From Gnetum montanum (taxonomy: Eukaryota > Plantae > Gnetophyta): 64,000 bases of DNA. The stretch lies in the NCBI GenBank assembly GCA_015680685.1, contig MNCI01001758.1:1-64000 (forward strand), in the 5' to 3' direction. This document shows positions 1 through 12,100 of the stretch, piece after piece. How positions within the stretch are numbered: position 1 is the first letter of the stretch; every line of letters begins with the position of its first letter. Under the pieces are notes generated by a model. The model saw only the letters and a list, made by a program, of their open reading frames with translations. It did not search any database and was not told where the DNA came from. The translations under genes and the position numbers were made by a program.

Positions 1-637
1 TACTTTTATCCTCACCTTTATGTTCATGGTGGCTACACCTAGATGAGGAAGGATAGGATGAGTGATGTGAAGAAGGGGAAGAAGAAGGGGAACCATCGCC
101 ATGATGATGTTTCTTGCATTTTCTTCAGCTACTACGACCTCGATCGTGGTGACGATCTAAGTGCCCATCCTTAGCATAAGTGGTTGTTCCCTCTATGAAT
201 AGTTGGTGTTCACGGGCATCAGAACCAGGGATATGTATCATTGATCATAGGTTATGATATCCAACCTCCTCATCATCGTTAGGAGGGGGAACATCTTTTG
301 CTAAAAAACCCGTGGTAAGGGGTTCCTCATCTCCTATTTCGCTAAGGACATGCAGGACCTTGTCCTTCAATAGTGCATGTTGACTCTCCTATCGTAAGTC
401 CCTCATATGTTGGGCATTTGTGGGATAATAATACCTCATGTCAAAATCTTCCGCAACATATTCAAAAAATAATTCAGTCATGCCTATCTGTGCCAAGGCA
501 CAGAAAAGCATGTGAGAGATTGATCAATCTAGGGGTAACAAAATTTTACCTTGCAAATCTCTCCATCGCAACTATTCGTCTTTATGGAGAATAAAGGTAA
601 AATTAGGGATATACTCATCAGGATGAGTGCATGTCAT
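1..637 (-). pseudogene. Decayed N-terminal part of the Gag ORF of element A
   Basis: ATG at 637 reads MTCTHPDEYIPNFTFILHKDE*LRWRDLQGKILLPLD*SISHMLFCALAQIGMTELFFEYV..., which aligns without gaps to the translation of 26109-26340. Confidence 0.75.
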
Positions 638-864
638 CTTATATTGTTTAGGACTTGGCTGATTTTGGTTATGTGTTTTATGTTGTCGACTGTTTCGTGT
701 GTGGTCATTAGGTGGTGAGTTTCTCTTATGAGAAGAAGGCATTTTTATCGGTGTGCTAATTCACCATTATATAAATTTTTATCTTAATTAACTTGAAGGT
801 TCGTTAAGGCTCACAACGATGTGAGTGATATCCCTTATGTTCTATTTAGCGCACAAACACTTAG

Positions 865-882
865 TCCCCGGAAATGGTGCAA
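865..882 (-). promoter_or_regulatory. Primer binding site, tRNA-Asp type (degenerate)
   Basis: + strand tccccggaaatggtgcaa versus the plant tRNA-Asp 3' end TCCCCGGCAACGGCGCCA; 1 nt from the LTR end. Confidence 0.85.
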
Positions 883-883
883 A

Positions 884-1903
884 TGATGAGTGGCGAGGTA
901 CCCCTACACTCAACCATATGAAATGAGCGTAGCACACGCGATCTGGTCGAACTCCACAGACTAAATGCCTAAATGCCCCATGGAACACTTGGGGTTAATC
1001 ATTCGTTGTCTTCCTAGACTTACTTGTTATTGTCATGGTGTATGGTTAAGTAAGTTTGAGGTATATGATTTTTATGATCTTTTATGGTTTTATGTCTTCT
1101 ATGCTAAGAGCGAAGGGTTGAGAAACTAACTCTAAGGGTCTAAGTCTAAGTTAACTAGCATCAGCATCCATTCCCACTTACTGTACATACCCTGAACTAT
1201 GCAACTATGGCTACCAAACACTAAACGTTACTAGGATCACCACACGTAACGCATGTGCTCAAAGTGGTCGTACTAAGGCACTTAACTAGAAGGAAAGGGT
1301 TGAGAGAGCCTAACTAGCCTATGTGCGATGAGCAGTCGATTCCTTGACTAACCGTACACATCTTCCGTGCAAGACTACCACTGGGATTACCAAGCATAGA
1401 TTCTAGATATGCCACTGGGTTACCAAGTAGTCACACAAGATGCTCGTAATCAAGTCGTACTCATAACGCATGCCATAAGCAGCCGATTCCTTGACTAACC
1501 TTACACATCCTTGGATGCTCGTAATCATACCGCATTCTAGGAAAGCAATAAATAACATTTAAATAAAATCCTATTCCATGCACTGTAAGGTTTATCCACA
1601 AAGCTCGTCTTTATTGTCGTACACAACTTGCGTTCAAGTACAAAGCTGCTTGAATAAAGATCCATTCACTTGGGGAATCCTACTATGGGCACATGGAAAA
1701 TATTCTATCTTTGGAGTGATCAAACTACCAAAGTTTTCCTACTTCTAAACCAGGATGAGAAATGAGGGGAGTGCTGCCTCTTATTTATAGATTTGGTGGC
1801 AGACCACGATATCAAGTACACGATATCACATGGGATGCGATATCGCAACGTCTGTGATATCGCGTACATGATATCATGGTGCATGCGATATCACGTCTCA
1901 TCA
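884..1903 (-). repeat. 5' LTR of element A (~1020 bp)
   Basis: Inverted termini TGATGAG...CTCATCA; TATA box ctataaataa on the - strand at 1781-1790; terminal sequence shared with LTRs at 37298, 42773, 46897 and 51382. Confidence 0.9.
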
Positions 1904-3434
1904 CCTCTCCTTCCTTTGTATGCATAAGTTTAAGGATATGAGTATAAAAAGAGAGAGGAGAATATATATATATATATATAATAAACAAGAAAGAATCATT
2001 ACTTATGCAAAGCTAATCATTCTCATTCTGAAGAATGTGCTCATAGTTCAATAAGTGTCGAGGTAAGCAAGTGGCACTCCTTGATTCTCCTAAGATTTCT
2101 TCAAGATTTTTACTAATCACTAGAGCATCATTAGGGATAACATGAAAAGGAGATGAACCACTAGCCTACACCAACTTGTAATCACTCTTGAAGTTATAAG
2201 ACTCGCACTCTCTTAAGTGATACAACTCCTCATGGACAAAGTATGAGGTATTCTTTGTAATCTAATCACTCAAATTACCAAGAAGAACAAGATCTTCTTC
2301 TATAGCAACTACCATCAATCCTAAGAAGTAGGCTGAACCCATTATGGTAATTAAAGGTTTCATGCAAATAGAAAGGGATTTAGAAATAGAAAATTCTAAC
2401 ATGGCTTGTGCATCCCTAGATAGTATAGAACCCTTCATTGGAGTCACCCATAGAGATTGCACTTGAGGAGATATTGGAGGTGGGGTCAGAGTCTATTCAA
2501 AATTAGACATGTGCAAAGAATCCTTCTCCAACTTTTGGATAAAATACCCTTGACCTAAAGGCACAAATAATACAAAAAGGGATGTAACATAAAAAAAATG
2601 GAGTATTCAAAAACCATATATTTGATAACTATTAGTTAAGTTACCATTGGTTTATTTCTTTTCTCCTTTTTCTTATTGCTTAAAATTTTTCCACTAGAAC
2701 CTTGTTCTATGCATTGTTTCTAATAAAGAATTAGAAATAAAATAAATAAATAAATAAACATACATAAAAAACAACAACAATAATGATATTATGTGATTGA
2801 TGATAAAATCCTTGAAACTTAGTTCTATTGTTGCGAGATCATCCTTTCCCTTAGCTTTTGCTAGTTTAGTCTGCAACCTAGGTTGTACTAGCAAATAAAT
2901 ACCATAAAGATACATAATCAATAAATAACAAACATAGAATTAAAAAATTTATATATCTCATTAGTTCCTTTTAGATTAAAAGTCTATATGAGAGCTTTCT
3001 AACCTTTTTGGCATCTTCAATCTCACTCCTTACAATTCTTTCTTTCTCAAGAAATTTAGGGTGTAGATTAGAATTAAAATGATCAAGATTGTTGGTCATA
3101 GTATCATAACCTAAGATTAAGGTCATGATTAGAGGTACAAAACATATAATGTAAAGATTTTTATAATTTCTCTTGTTGGAAATACCATGTTTTATGGCAA
3201 GCTATAAAGTTGAAAAACAAGATAAAAAACAATAATAGATCTTACCATTTTTGGTACCATGAAAAATATAGATAGAACAGGCATTAACATAGGAAGACTA
3301 GGCATTTCATAAAACCTTACTGTATATAAACTAACATAATTCATAACTGGATTTATTAATAAAATCAATTGGATGATATTTATTTTGACATAGAGCAAAA
3401 TCAATAAGATAATTAGACAACTTTCTTTAGAAAA

Positions 3435-3602
3435 ATGCTTGAAACTTAGGAGAGTGTACAGTAGGTATCAAAGGATCCTCCCCTAAGTGAAAACCTAGAA
3501 TTGACTAAACATTGGTAGGAGATGCTTGAAACTTACAAGAGTGTACATTAGGTATCAAAGGGTCCCTAAGTGGAATCCCAAAATTGACTAAACATTGGTA
3601 AG
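3435..3602. repeat. Two-copy tandem duplication, ~87-bp unit
   Basis: atgcttgaaactta...aattgactaaacattggta starts at 3435 and again at 3522. Confidence 0.85.
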
Positions 3603-4784
3603 AGTAATTACTAATTGCCCAAAGATCATTTTTGAATAGAACTTTCCCATATGTGATAAACATTACACCATTACCTTACAAGATCTTTACAATAGGAAGT
3701 TTTAAGAATACAAAAAACAACTTATACAACTTAGAAGTTGTGATATATTTAAAGCCCTCAATGCCTAATAAGCTATGAACCAAATCAATTACTACAATTG
3801 CATTATTTTGATGCAAAATAATCAATAATAATTTAGGGCTACTTGAAGTGGTGGTAGGAGCTTGAATGGAATGATTAGAAGGAGTCATGTTGCTACAAGA
3901 AATATCTACAATTGCTACATATAAATATGATGGGTAAAAAAGACTTTTTTCTATGAATTTATAGGAAGATTTTAAACCCTACCTGCAGTAGAACATGGAG
4001 TAGACTAGAGAAAAGGGCAGTTAAAACTTATGTTAATAAATAATTAATTGTTAATTAATTTTAAGGTAATGGTGATTTTTCTTATTTTTTTATTGATAGG
4101 ATCCATAAAATAACGTTATCATAAGTCCAATGTGTAGCACTCTCCTAGACAATTCCAATAGTACCAATTTCATGAAAATCCAGCTTATGGTTTGTGAGAT
4201 ATTATGTTTCTCTATAAGCATGTCATTTAAAAATAAATAAATAAAAATTTGGGGTTGTGAGTTGAACCAAAAACTCCATCTTCAATAAAAATTTTTTCAA
4301 ATAAATAAGAATATTAAATTTAAAAAAAAAATTAGCCACAAAGGCAACATGGCTACTAGCCACAGGCCAGCTATGCTATTGCATAACTAGGCCCTAAAGC
4401 ATGGCCACATAGCATCACAATAGGCAATTGCAAGTTGGCCTATTGCACCTTTGCATGGCAGGGCCTTGCAACTAGTCTATGGAGCATCGTGGTGGACCAT
4501 TGAGGCCTATCATGGTGGATCATGCCACAACATGGCCTCCTATCATGCCACTACTCATCTTTTGCCTTGCTACCACTCACCTCTTGCTATTGTGACCAAT
4601 CTTGTTGTGTGCATGCTACTTGCCATAGCCTTCCTATGCCTACTTTTTACCAACCCTTGCACTACCATTTGTTTCCCAAGCATTTGCCATATACACAAAT
4701 CCTCATGTCGCCATTATTCCTCGCACCATTGTCCATTGCCCAAGCCACCATTGTCATCTGCACAACCCTTACATCATGGAAACT

Positions 4785-5080
4785 GCTAGTGCTGGGAAAA
4801 CCTACCTCCTAGAACACATTGTGGACACCACAGACATTAGAAAAACCTGCCTCCTTCAACATGCCACTAACATTTTGAGCATTGAAAAAACTTGCCTCCT
4901 ACCAACATGCCATAGAAATCATGACTACTAGAAAAACATGCCTCCTCTAGCCTTCCATGGACACTTTTAGCACTGAAAAAACTTGCTTCCTATAACATGC
5001 CATGAACACCATCAGTGCTAGAAAACCTACCTCCTCTGGCAGCCCATGAACACTATCAATGCTAGAAAAACCTTTCTCTC
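4785..5080. repeat. Diverged tandem array, ~45-bp unit x7, in the leader of chromovirus copy 1
   Basis: The core gaaaa(a)cctgcctcct recurs at about 4796, 4840, 4884, 4931, 4975, 5021 and 5065. Confidence 0.85.
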
Positions 5081-5241
5081 GGTGATGGAAAAAGTTTTTG
5101 ATAGTTGATGAAAAAATTTGAAAATTTTGTTAATTTACAAGAAAAATTCATAAAAACATCAAAATCAAAGTGCAAAAGTTAAATATTTAAATATGAAAAA
5201 ATATTTTTAAAAAAACTGACATGTTGACAATAATTGAAATA

Positions 5242-5308
5242 AGAATTCCATAGTTAAGCATGCATGCCCTAGAGTAGTATTGGGATGGGTGACCTCCTGG
5301 AAAGTCTC
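5242..5308 (+). other. 5S rRNA-derived fragment (A box, IE and C box of the internal control region); not a full 5S gene
   Basis: agaattccatagttaagcatgcatgccctagagtagtattgggatgggtgacctcctggaaagtc versus plant 5S AGAACTCCGCAGTTAAGCGTGCTTGGGCGAGAGTAGTACTAGGATGGGTGACCTCCTGGGAAGTC. Confidence 0.9.
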
Positions 5309-5711
5309 AAAAAATGGAAAATTTTCTTACAACTTTAAGATTCCATAACCTTTGACTCTAGTGTCTAGTTTCAACAAAACAAAAACTATTTATAATAGAT
5401 TTAAATCCTTCAAACGTAATGGGAAAGTTAGATTTAGCTTACAAAAACTCAAAAACTAGTTTTATAACTCATAATTTAGTCATCCATAAAAGCCCAAACA
5501 TTGAATTTTTCTTACTAGAGTCTTTGAAGGCCAATTAAGTTCCCATGGAGGGATCTAGAAATAATGAATTCATTAATGGTAGTTCCAACTTCTTCTAGAA
5601 CCAATTAACTACTTTAGAACCTATAAAAAAATCCACAAAGACTAAGAAACCATCACCTTACCTTTTTTCTTTGACTTATCAATGTTTGTAGTCTAGAGAG
5701 TTCATTGGAAA

Positions 5712-6654
5712 ATGATGAAGTCCCAAGTCAATGATCGAATGGATGCCCTTGAATAAAAAATTAATGAAATTAGAGATGTTTAAGAGGAACTCCATCAATC
5801 AAACCAAGGATTTGGGAGAAATATGCAAAATATGTTGGAAGAGATTAGGAAGTTGTCCCAGAGTTTAGAAGGGAAATGGAAAAAAGTTTAAGGGAAGATG
5901 GATTTCTTTGTAGATTCCATTATGTAATTAACTAATCATTTAATGCAACATCCCAATCAAAACCAATATTCACTAAGAGACCATAACCAAAACCATAATC
6001 AGGAACAATTCCCCCCTAGGGATCAGTATTGAGATCAATCCCCACCTGTTGGATGTCAATGTACTAATATTTCTTCATAAAGCCAAAGAATGGAACTTGA
6101 AGGTAAGGGTTATTAAAATTGGAAAAATTCACCAATAGAATCATTAACTTTGGTTCATGCCAAAAAGGTAAAACTAGATCATTATGAGGAAACCCTTGGA
6201 TCTAGTGCTAAGGTGAAAGTTTAGATTGATACCATGAAGAATTATTTCGATATGTTGAATTTATCGAGCTAAGAATATTTATAAGTAGTCTCTTTCTATT
6301 TAAGGGGACTTGTAGTAACATGGTAGAATTAACTACAATCTCAAGGCTTGATTACAAATTAGCTTAATTTTTGTAGAGATGTCAAACAAAAATTTATATT
6401 TGATTCTTTTCTTAAAGAATGTAAGATGAGATTTGACTTATTGAGATTACACTAATGATCAGTGGAGGATCATTTTAAATAATTCTATGATCTCAACTAT
6501 TATGTAAGATAGTGGGATAAGGGTGAATTAGCTTCAAAGTTCATTGGTGGACTGCATGTTCAACTACATCCCTAGACTCATGCACATAACCCACAAACTA
6601 TTGATGAAACATACAAAATTGTTAAGGATTATAAGGAATCAAATCAATTATAAA
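5712..6654 (+). pseudogene. gag remnant of chromovirus copy 1, interrupted at 6660 by the mini-element
   Basis: Decayed retrotransposon-gag motifs (F/YLRGLVVTW*, ASKFIGGL); homologous to 23780-24318. Confidence 0.7.
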
Positions 6655-6659
6655 CTACA

Positions 6660-9144
6660 TGAGGTGAAGCCTACCTCAATAGACTTCAAAAGGGCCCATT
6701 CCACAAGCTTCTTAAGAAAAATTAACTTAGAAGCAAGAACAAGATAATGAATTGGAGAAAATTTTCCTTTTATGAGAAAACTCTTAAAATGTAGAGAAAT
6801 ACATCAAAGATGAGGAGCCAAGCTCAGCTCACATATCTCCCAAGGATCTTAGAGGTCACATATGTTCCCTTTCAATCCTCAATTACCCATAATGGATATA
6901 AAGCTCAAGACAAGACACTTATAAGACATTCTCTCAACCTCTCTCAAGTGCTCTCCCTTGCCTCTCACTCAAACTCTTCTTGCACAAGCTCTCAAGAAAC
7001 TTCTCAAATCTTATTCTCTCTCCATTTTATCAATATAACACCTTGAACTCTTATTTATAGCTTCTTAGTATGACCTTTTATCTTTCCTCCAATTTTCCAT
7101 TTAATTTGATATTTGTTAAAATCCATACTAGATGTCTTGGAGAAACTGTAGACATATTTCCTAAGTGTAGAGATGTCAGAGTACATGTCTTGAAATCAAG
7201 TTAGACATCTAGTATGCAACTTAGATGTCTAACTGTTAAGGTAGATGTCTAACTTGCCAAGGCCAAAATTATATATGCTCATTTTGAGGTTTAGAACCTA
7301 TGAACATCTTTAAATAAGTCCCCATAGCCCTGGGAACCTCCTAGAATCATTAAAATAAATTCAAAACACTTCCCAACATGGAAAAACACCTTGGAATCAT
7401 GATTAAAATATCAACACAAGAAGACATGCACAAAAACAAGACACATGCATATCCAAGATACATTGAGGATTACACAAGGGCTTGGTGATGTTCTCATCAT
7501 CTCTCCCACCATTAAAATGTCATGCTTAATGATCCTTCACAATCTAGAAAGCACCATGTCCCCATGACTCAAGGCCATAACACTTAGCACAACCATCAAA
7601 ACTCAATGTATCACAAATATGATAATGAGTATCAGTTGAGGTTTTGGTTTTGAGCTTTCAATGTTCTCTCCTTAACCAAACCTTTCATCTTCTTCCTTTC
7701 ATTGATGGCTAGAAGATATTCTCTCAATTCTTCTCAAAATATTTCCCAACCTAGTTTTGAATTTCTCCATATCTCTTCTTCTTGGAGTTTTTGAAAAATC
7801 TTGGTGCTTGTAGGCCTTGACTTTAGAAAGAGTTTCTTGCATTTCAGCCACAAATTCCTTAAAGAATATTTTTGGCTCTTGAAGTGCTTGCCCAAGCTCT
7901 TGATTTGTCTTCTTCTTAAGAGTCATACCTTTCATAGGCCTAAAGGTAAAAATTAAAGCAACAAGAATAATGCCCAAAATAAAATGCATAAATATCCATA
8001 ATAATATTCCTTTCATTTAAAGAAAACACCAAGATTCAACATAAAACTGTAAATTTGAATCAATTTACTTCAAATCCTAGCCTTTCAAATAAACTAGTGC
8101 TCAAAAATCATAAAATAAACTTGATCTTACAATATTCAAGCATTCTTTACCAATATTAGGTTCTTTAAATCCTAAGTGGCTATAAAGCTTCACAATTCTT
8201 CAAAATTTCTCCAAAAGCTTGATGAAGATCAACAATTCAAGTGTGAAAACCTCCAAACCAAATGCATATGTGTGGATTCCTCCAAAGAAAATGCTTTGAT
8301 ACTAACTTGATTTGATTACTACCTCAATAGACTCTAGAAGGATCCATTCCAAAAGATTCATAAGCAAAATTTCTTAGAAGCAAGAATAAGATAATGAATT
8401 GGAGAAAATTACCCTTTTTATAAGGAAAATTTTAAAATGTAGAGAAATACATCAAAGATGAAGAGCTAAGCTCAACTCACATCTCTCCAAAGGATTTTAG
8501 AGGCCACATATGTTCCCTTTTAATTTTCAATTGCTTAAAATGGAGCTAAAGCTCAAGAAAAGATACTTATAATAGATTCTCTCTACCTCTTAAGTGCTCT
8601 CCCTTGCCTCTTACTCAAACTCTTCTTGCACAAGCTCTTAAGAGACTTCTCAAATCTCTTTTCTTTTTCTCTTTTACCAAATCCAGGTATTGGACTCTTA
8701 TTTATAGCTTCTTGGTATGACCTTTCATCTTTTCTTCAATTTTCTATTCAAATTTATGTCTATTAAAATTTGGATTAGAATTCTTGGAGAAATAGTAGAT
8801 GTCTTTCATAAGTGTAGAGATGTTAGAGTAGACATCTTGAAATCAAGTTAGATGTCTAGTATGTAGCTTAGACATCTAACTATTAGGGTAGATGTCTAAC
8901 CTAATAAGGCCAAAATTAAAGATACTCATTTTGACGTTTGAAATCTTCAAACACCTCCAAACAAGTCCCCATATCCCCAAGAACCTCCTAGACTCATCAA
9001 AATAAGGCCAAAACACTTTCAAACATGGAAAAACACCTGGGGATCATCATCAAGAGGTCAACATAAGAAGACATACATAAAAATAAGACACAAAATATCC
9101 AAGATACATTCAAGATTACATAGGGTTGGGTGATGTCCTCATTA
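6660..9144 (-). mobile_element. Complete non-autonomous LTR mini-element (2485 bp), CRM-like termini
   Basis: LTRs at 6660-7499 and 8308-9144; TSD CTACA at 6655-6659 and 9145-9149; degenerate tRNA-iMet PBS (+ strand gctttgatacta, 8293-8304); PPT gggagaga at 7500-7507; LTR start TGATGAGAACATC resembles CRM-clade TGATGAGGACATC. No pol. Confidence 0.92.
7699..8016 (-). CDS. 105-aa ORF in the mini-element: hydrophobic N-terminal segment followed by a charged helical region; probably a truncated remnant of a longer ORF
   Basis: Sense to the element and occupies the internal domain. MKGILLWIFMHFILGIILVALIFTF is a ~22-aa hydrophobic stretch. No recognisable family. Confidence 0.4.
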   Translation of the reverse strand: MKGILLWIFMHFILGIILVALIFTFRPMKGMTLKKKTNQELGQALQEPKIFFKEFVAEMQETLSKVKAYKHQDFSKTPRRRDMEKFKTRLGNILRRIERISSSHQ

Positions 9145-9149
9145 CTACA

Positions 9150-12100
9150 ACCCTATGACAAGTAATGGTAGAAGAAACATCTACCAAGAGAACTTTATCT
9201 GGATGTTACACTAGCAACGAAGATCATTTTATGTAGGATTATCCAAAATTAACTGTAAGGATATAAAGAAACAATCAAAATAAGAAAAAAAAATTCAACA
9301 CTAGTGTGGCCAAGAAAAAAGCTAAGAAAATTTTAGCATTGGCTAAGTCAATTTTGAGGAAATTTTAAATTGCTTTACTCATTTTTAAAGTGTTGATTGA
9401 AGGGAAAAAGGATAAATGTTTTATCAATAGTAGAGTAAGTGATAGTTTTATTTCACTAGCTTTAATTAAGTCATTTAATCTAACATTACCTTCCAAAAGT
9501 TATTAAAATAGAACTTTCAGATGGAACAACTGTGATTAAGTATATTAAGTATGGAGAAATTTAATTTTACCATGTAAGATATTACTTTTATTGGTTAATC
9601 AGTTGAATTTGAATTAGAAGATATCGATGTAAACTTAGAAATGTGTTTCCTACAAAAATTTCATGTTACTCTCCATTTTGAAACCTATGTCTTGAAAGTA
9701 TCAACCATGCAAAGATTTAGGGTTTTGATGGAGGTTGGAATAGAAAAGAAAATATATATGATAACTATTAAATAAGCTAAGCTATTAGCCAAGAAAGGTT
9801 CTACCATGTTCATTATTAAACTCAACCCCAGAACCTTTTGACATTGAGATCCGAAAACAACTTATAGAGTACAAGAATTTAGTATTTGGTGATAGTAGAG
9901 ATTTATTGCCAAAGAGAACTATTAACATGCCATTGATGTCTTTCTAGATATAAAACTACTTTTAAAAGCCCAATATAGATTTTCCCCTTCAGAATTAAGG
10001 GAATTAAAAGTATAATTAGACCAATTATTAGAATAAGGAAATATTCAACTAAGTGTCTTACCTTGGTATGCACCAATTTTATTTATTAAGAACAAAGATG
10101 GTACATTGAGATTATGCATTGATTATAGAGAATTAAATAAAGTAATGATTAAAAATACTTATTCCTTTCCTAGGATTGACAACTAGTTTGATCAACTTAC
10201 TAGAGTATGTTGTTTTTCCATAATTGATATGAAGTTAGATTATCACCAAATAAGGATTAAAGAAAAATATATTGAGAAAAATGCATTTAGAACTAGGTAT
10301 AGATTATAAGAATTTATGGTGATGCCATTTGGATTAACTAATGCACTTGGAACATTCATGGCATTAATGAATAATATCTTTCAAGAGTACCTTGATCAAT
10401 TTGTTATTATATTTATGGATGATATACTTGTTTATTATAAGTTAAGAGAGGAAAATGTTAAACTTTAAAAAATTAAAATGGGAATCATCAAGGAACATCA
10501 TTAAAAGGTAAAATTAAGCAAATCCAAACTCTTTAAAGAAGAAGTATCATACTTGGGTCATATAGTATCTAAGCAACGATTTCAAGTAGATCCATCAAAA
10601 TTTACTGTAGTTTGTAATTGGTCAGAACTTAAAGATAATATAATAGTTCACAATTTCTTGGATTTAATAGGCTTTTATCAATGTTTTATTAAAGCTTATT
10701 CTACTTTGGTCATTCCCTTGACTAGCCTCTTGCAAGAACTATGTGTGTTTAAGTTTAATGAAAAATGTAGGGCATCTTTTCTAAGAGTAAAGATACTACT
10801 AACAATGGTACCAATCCTACGAATCTTAGATGAATAAAAGTATCTACAAATTTCTTTGGAGTATGGATTTATGTAGTTCTTTCATAAGAAGATAAAGCAG
10901 TATGTTGTGAGTCTTGTAAATTATGAGAAGCTGAGGTAAGTTACTTAATCCATGATTAGAATTACTGATAATTATTTATGCTTTAAAGGTTTGGAAACAT
11001 TACCTTTGTGGAAAATTATTTGCACTAGAAACAAATAATAAAAACCTAGAATATCGATTGAGACAACCCATCCTAAACACCCAACAATGAAGGTGGATAC
11101 AATTACTGGTTGAATATGATTTTGAGATTAAATATATTTTAGGTAAATAAAATATAGTGGCTAATACCCTTAGTTGAATGTAGAACCTGATGATGATGCT
11201 ATGATAATTCCTATTGAAGATGAGATCAAGGAACAAATGAAAGAAGTTCCTTCAAGAAAATTTTAGCCAATATTTCTTTTGAGACTTGTTGCCACCTTTC
11301 CTCAGATGGTCTATTGATGAAGGGACAGAGAGTATGCATACCAAAATAAAATTGGAGAAGTTATTGTCCAAAGCTCAAAAAGTTCCATATGCTAGACATC
11401 CTAGATATGTTAGAACCTATGTGATGATACATAAGTTTTATTTCTAGCCTAGAGTAAAGAATGATGTATCCACATACATTAAAAATCGTCCAATCTACTA
11501 GAGAGTGAAAGTTAAAAAAAATAAACCAATTGGATTATTACAACCTTTGGAGGTCTCAACATGGAAATGGAAAGAACTATGGATTTCATTGTAGGATTAT
11601 TGCTAAATAAGAAATGAAATGACTCAATATTGGTGGTAGTTTATCACCTTTCGTAGATGCCTCATTTTGTATCTTTGAAATTTACAAACATAGCTAAATA
11701 AGTAGTACAAAATTTTTTACAATGAGTATTTTAGCTACATGAGTGTCCAAAATCAATCATCTTGGATAGAGATCCTAAGTTTATCTCTAGATTATGGTGA
11801 AACTTCTTCAAGGAACTTGAGACTCAATTAAACTTCAGCACAATGTATCACCTAGAAATAGATGGTCAAATAGAACGTGTCAATCAAATACTCAAAGATA
11901 TTTTACAGAGCTAAGTTGGAAGTATACCAAAGATATGGGAGAATTATTTGCATCTGGTTGAATTCACCAATAAAAGTAATTATTATGGATCCATACACTA
12001 GAAGTTATATATAGAAAAAATTGTCAAACACCAGTACCTTGGGTAGATCCAACTCTAAGTACATAGTGAAAGAAAGAAGAAATGAAAATCATGAAAAATA

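Larger units (their letters stand above)
1..1903 (-). mobile_element. Athila-like Ty3/gypsy element A: 5' LTR, PBS and start of gag ORF; the rest lies left of the window
   Basis: LTR 884-1903 abuts a degenerate tRNA-Asp PBS (865-882). The reverse complement of 1-605 is colinear and homologous with 26110-26650 of the pol-bearing copy. Confidence 0.9.

Noticed and set aside
4451-4812. His/Cys-rich ORFs (also 22864-23076)
   Set aside because: They arise from decayed low-complexity GC-rich leader sequence; the protein is not conserved between the two copies.
5242-5308. Functional 5S rRNA gene or Cassandra TRIM
   Set aside because: Only the central ~65 nt of 5S is present, with no 5' end or T-run terminator, and no paired short LTRs, PBS or PPT are visible around it.
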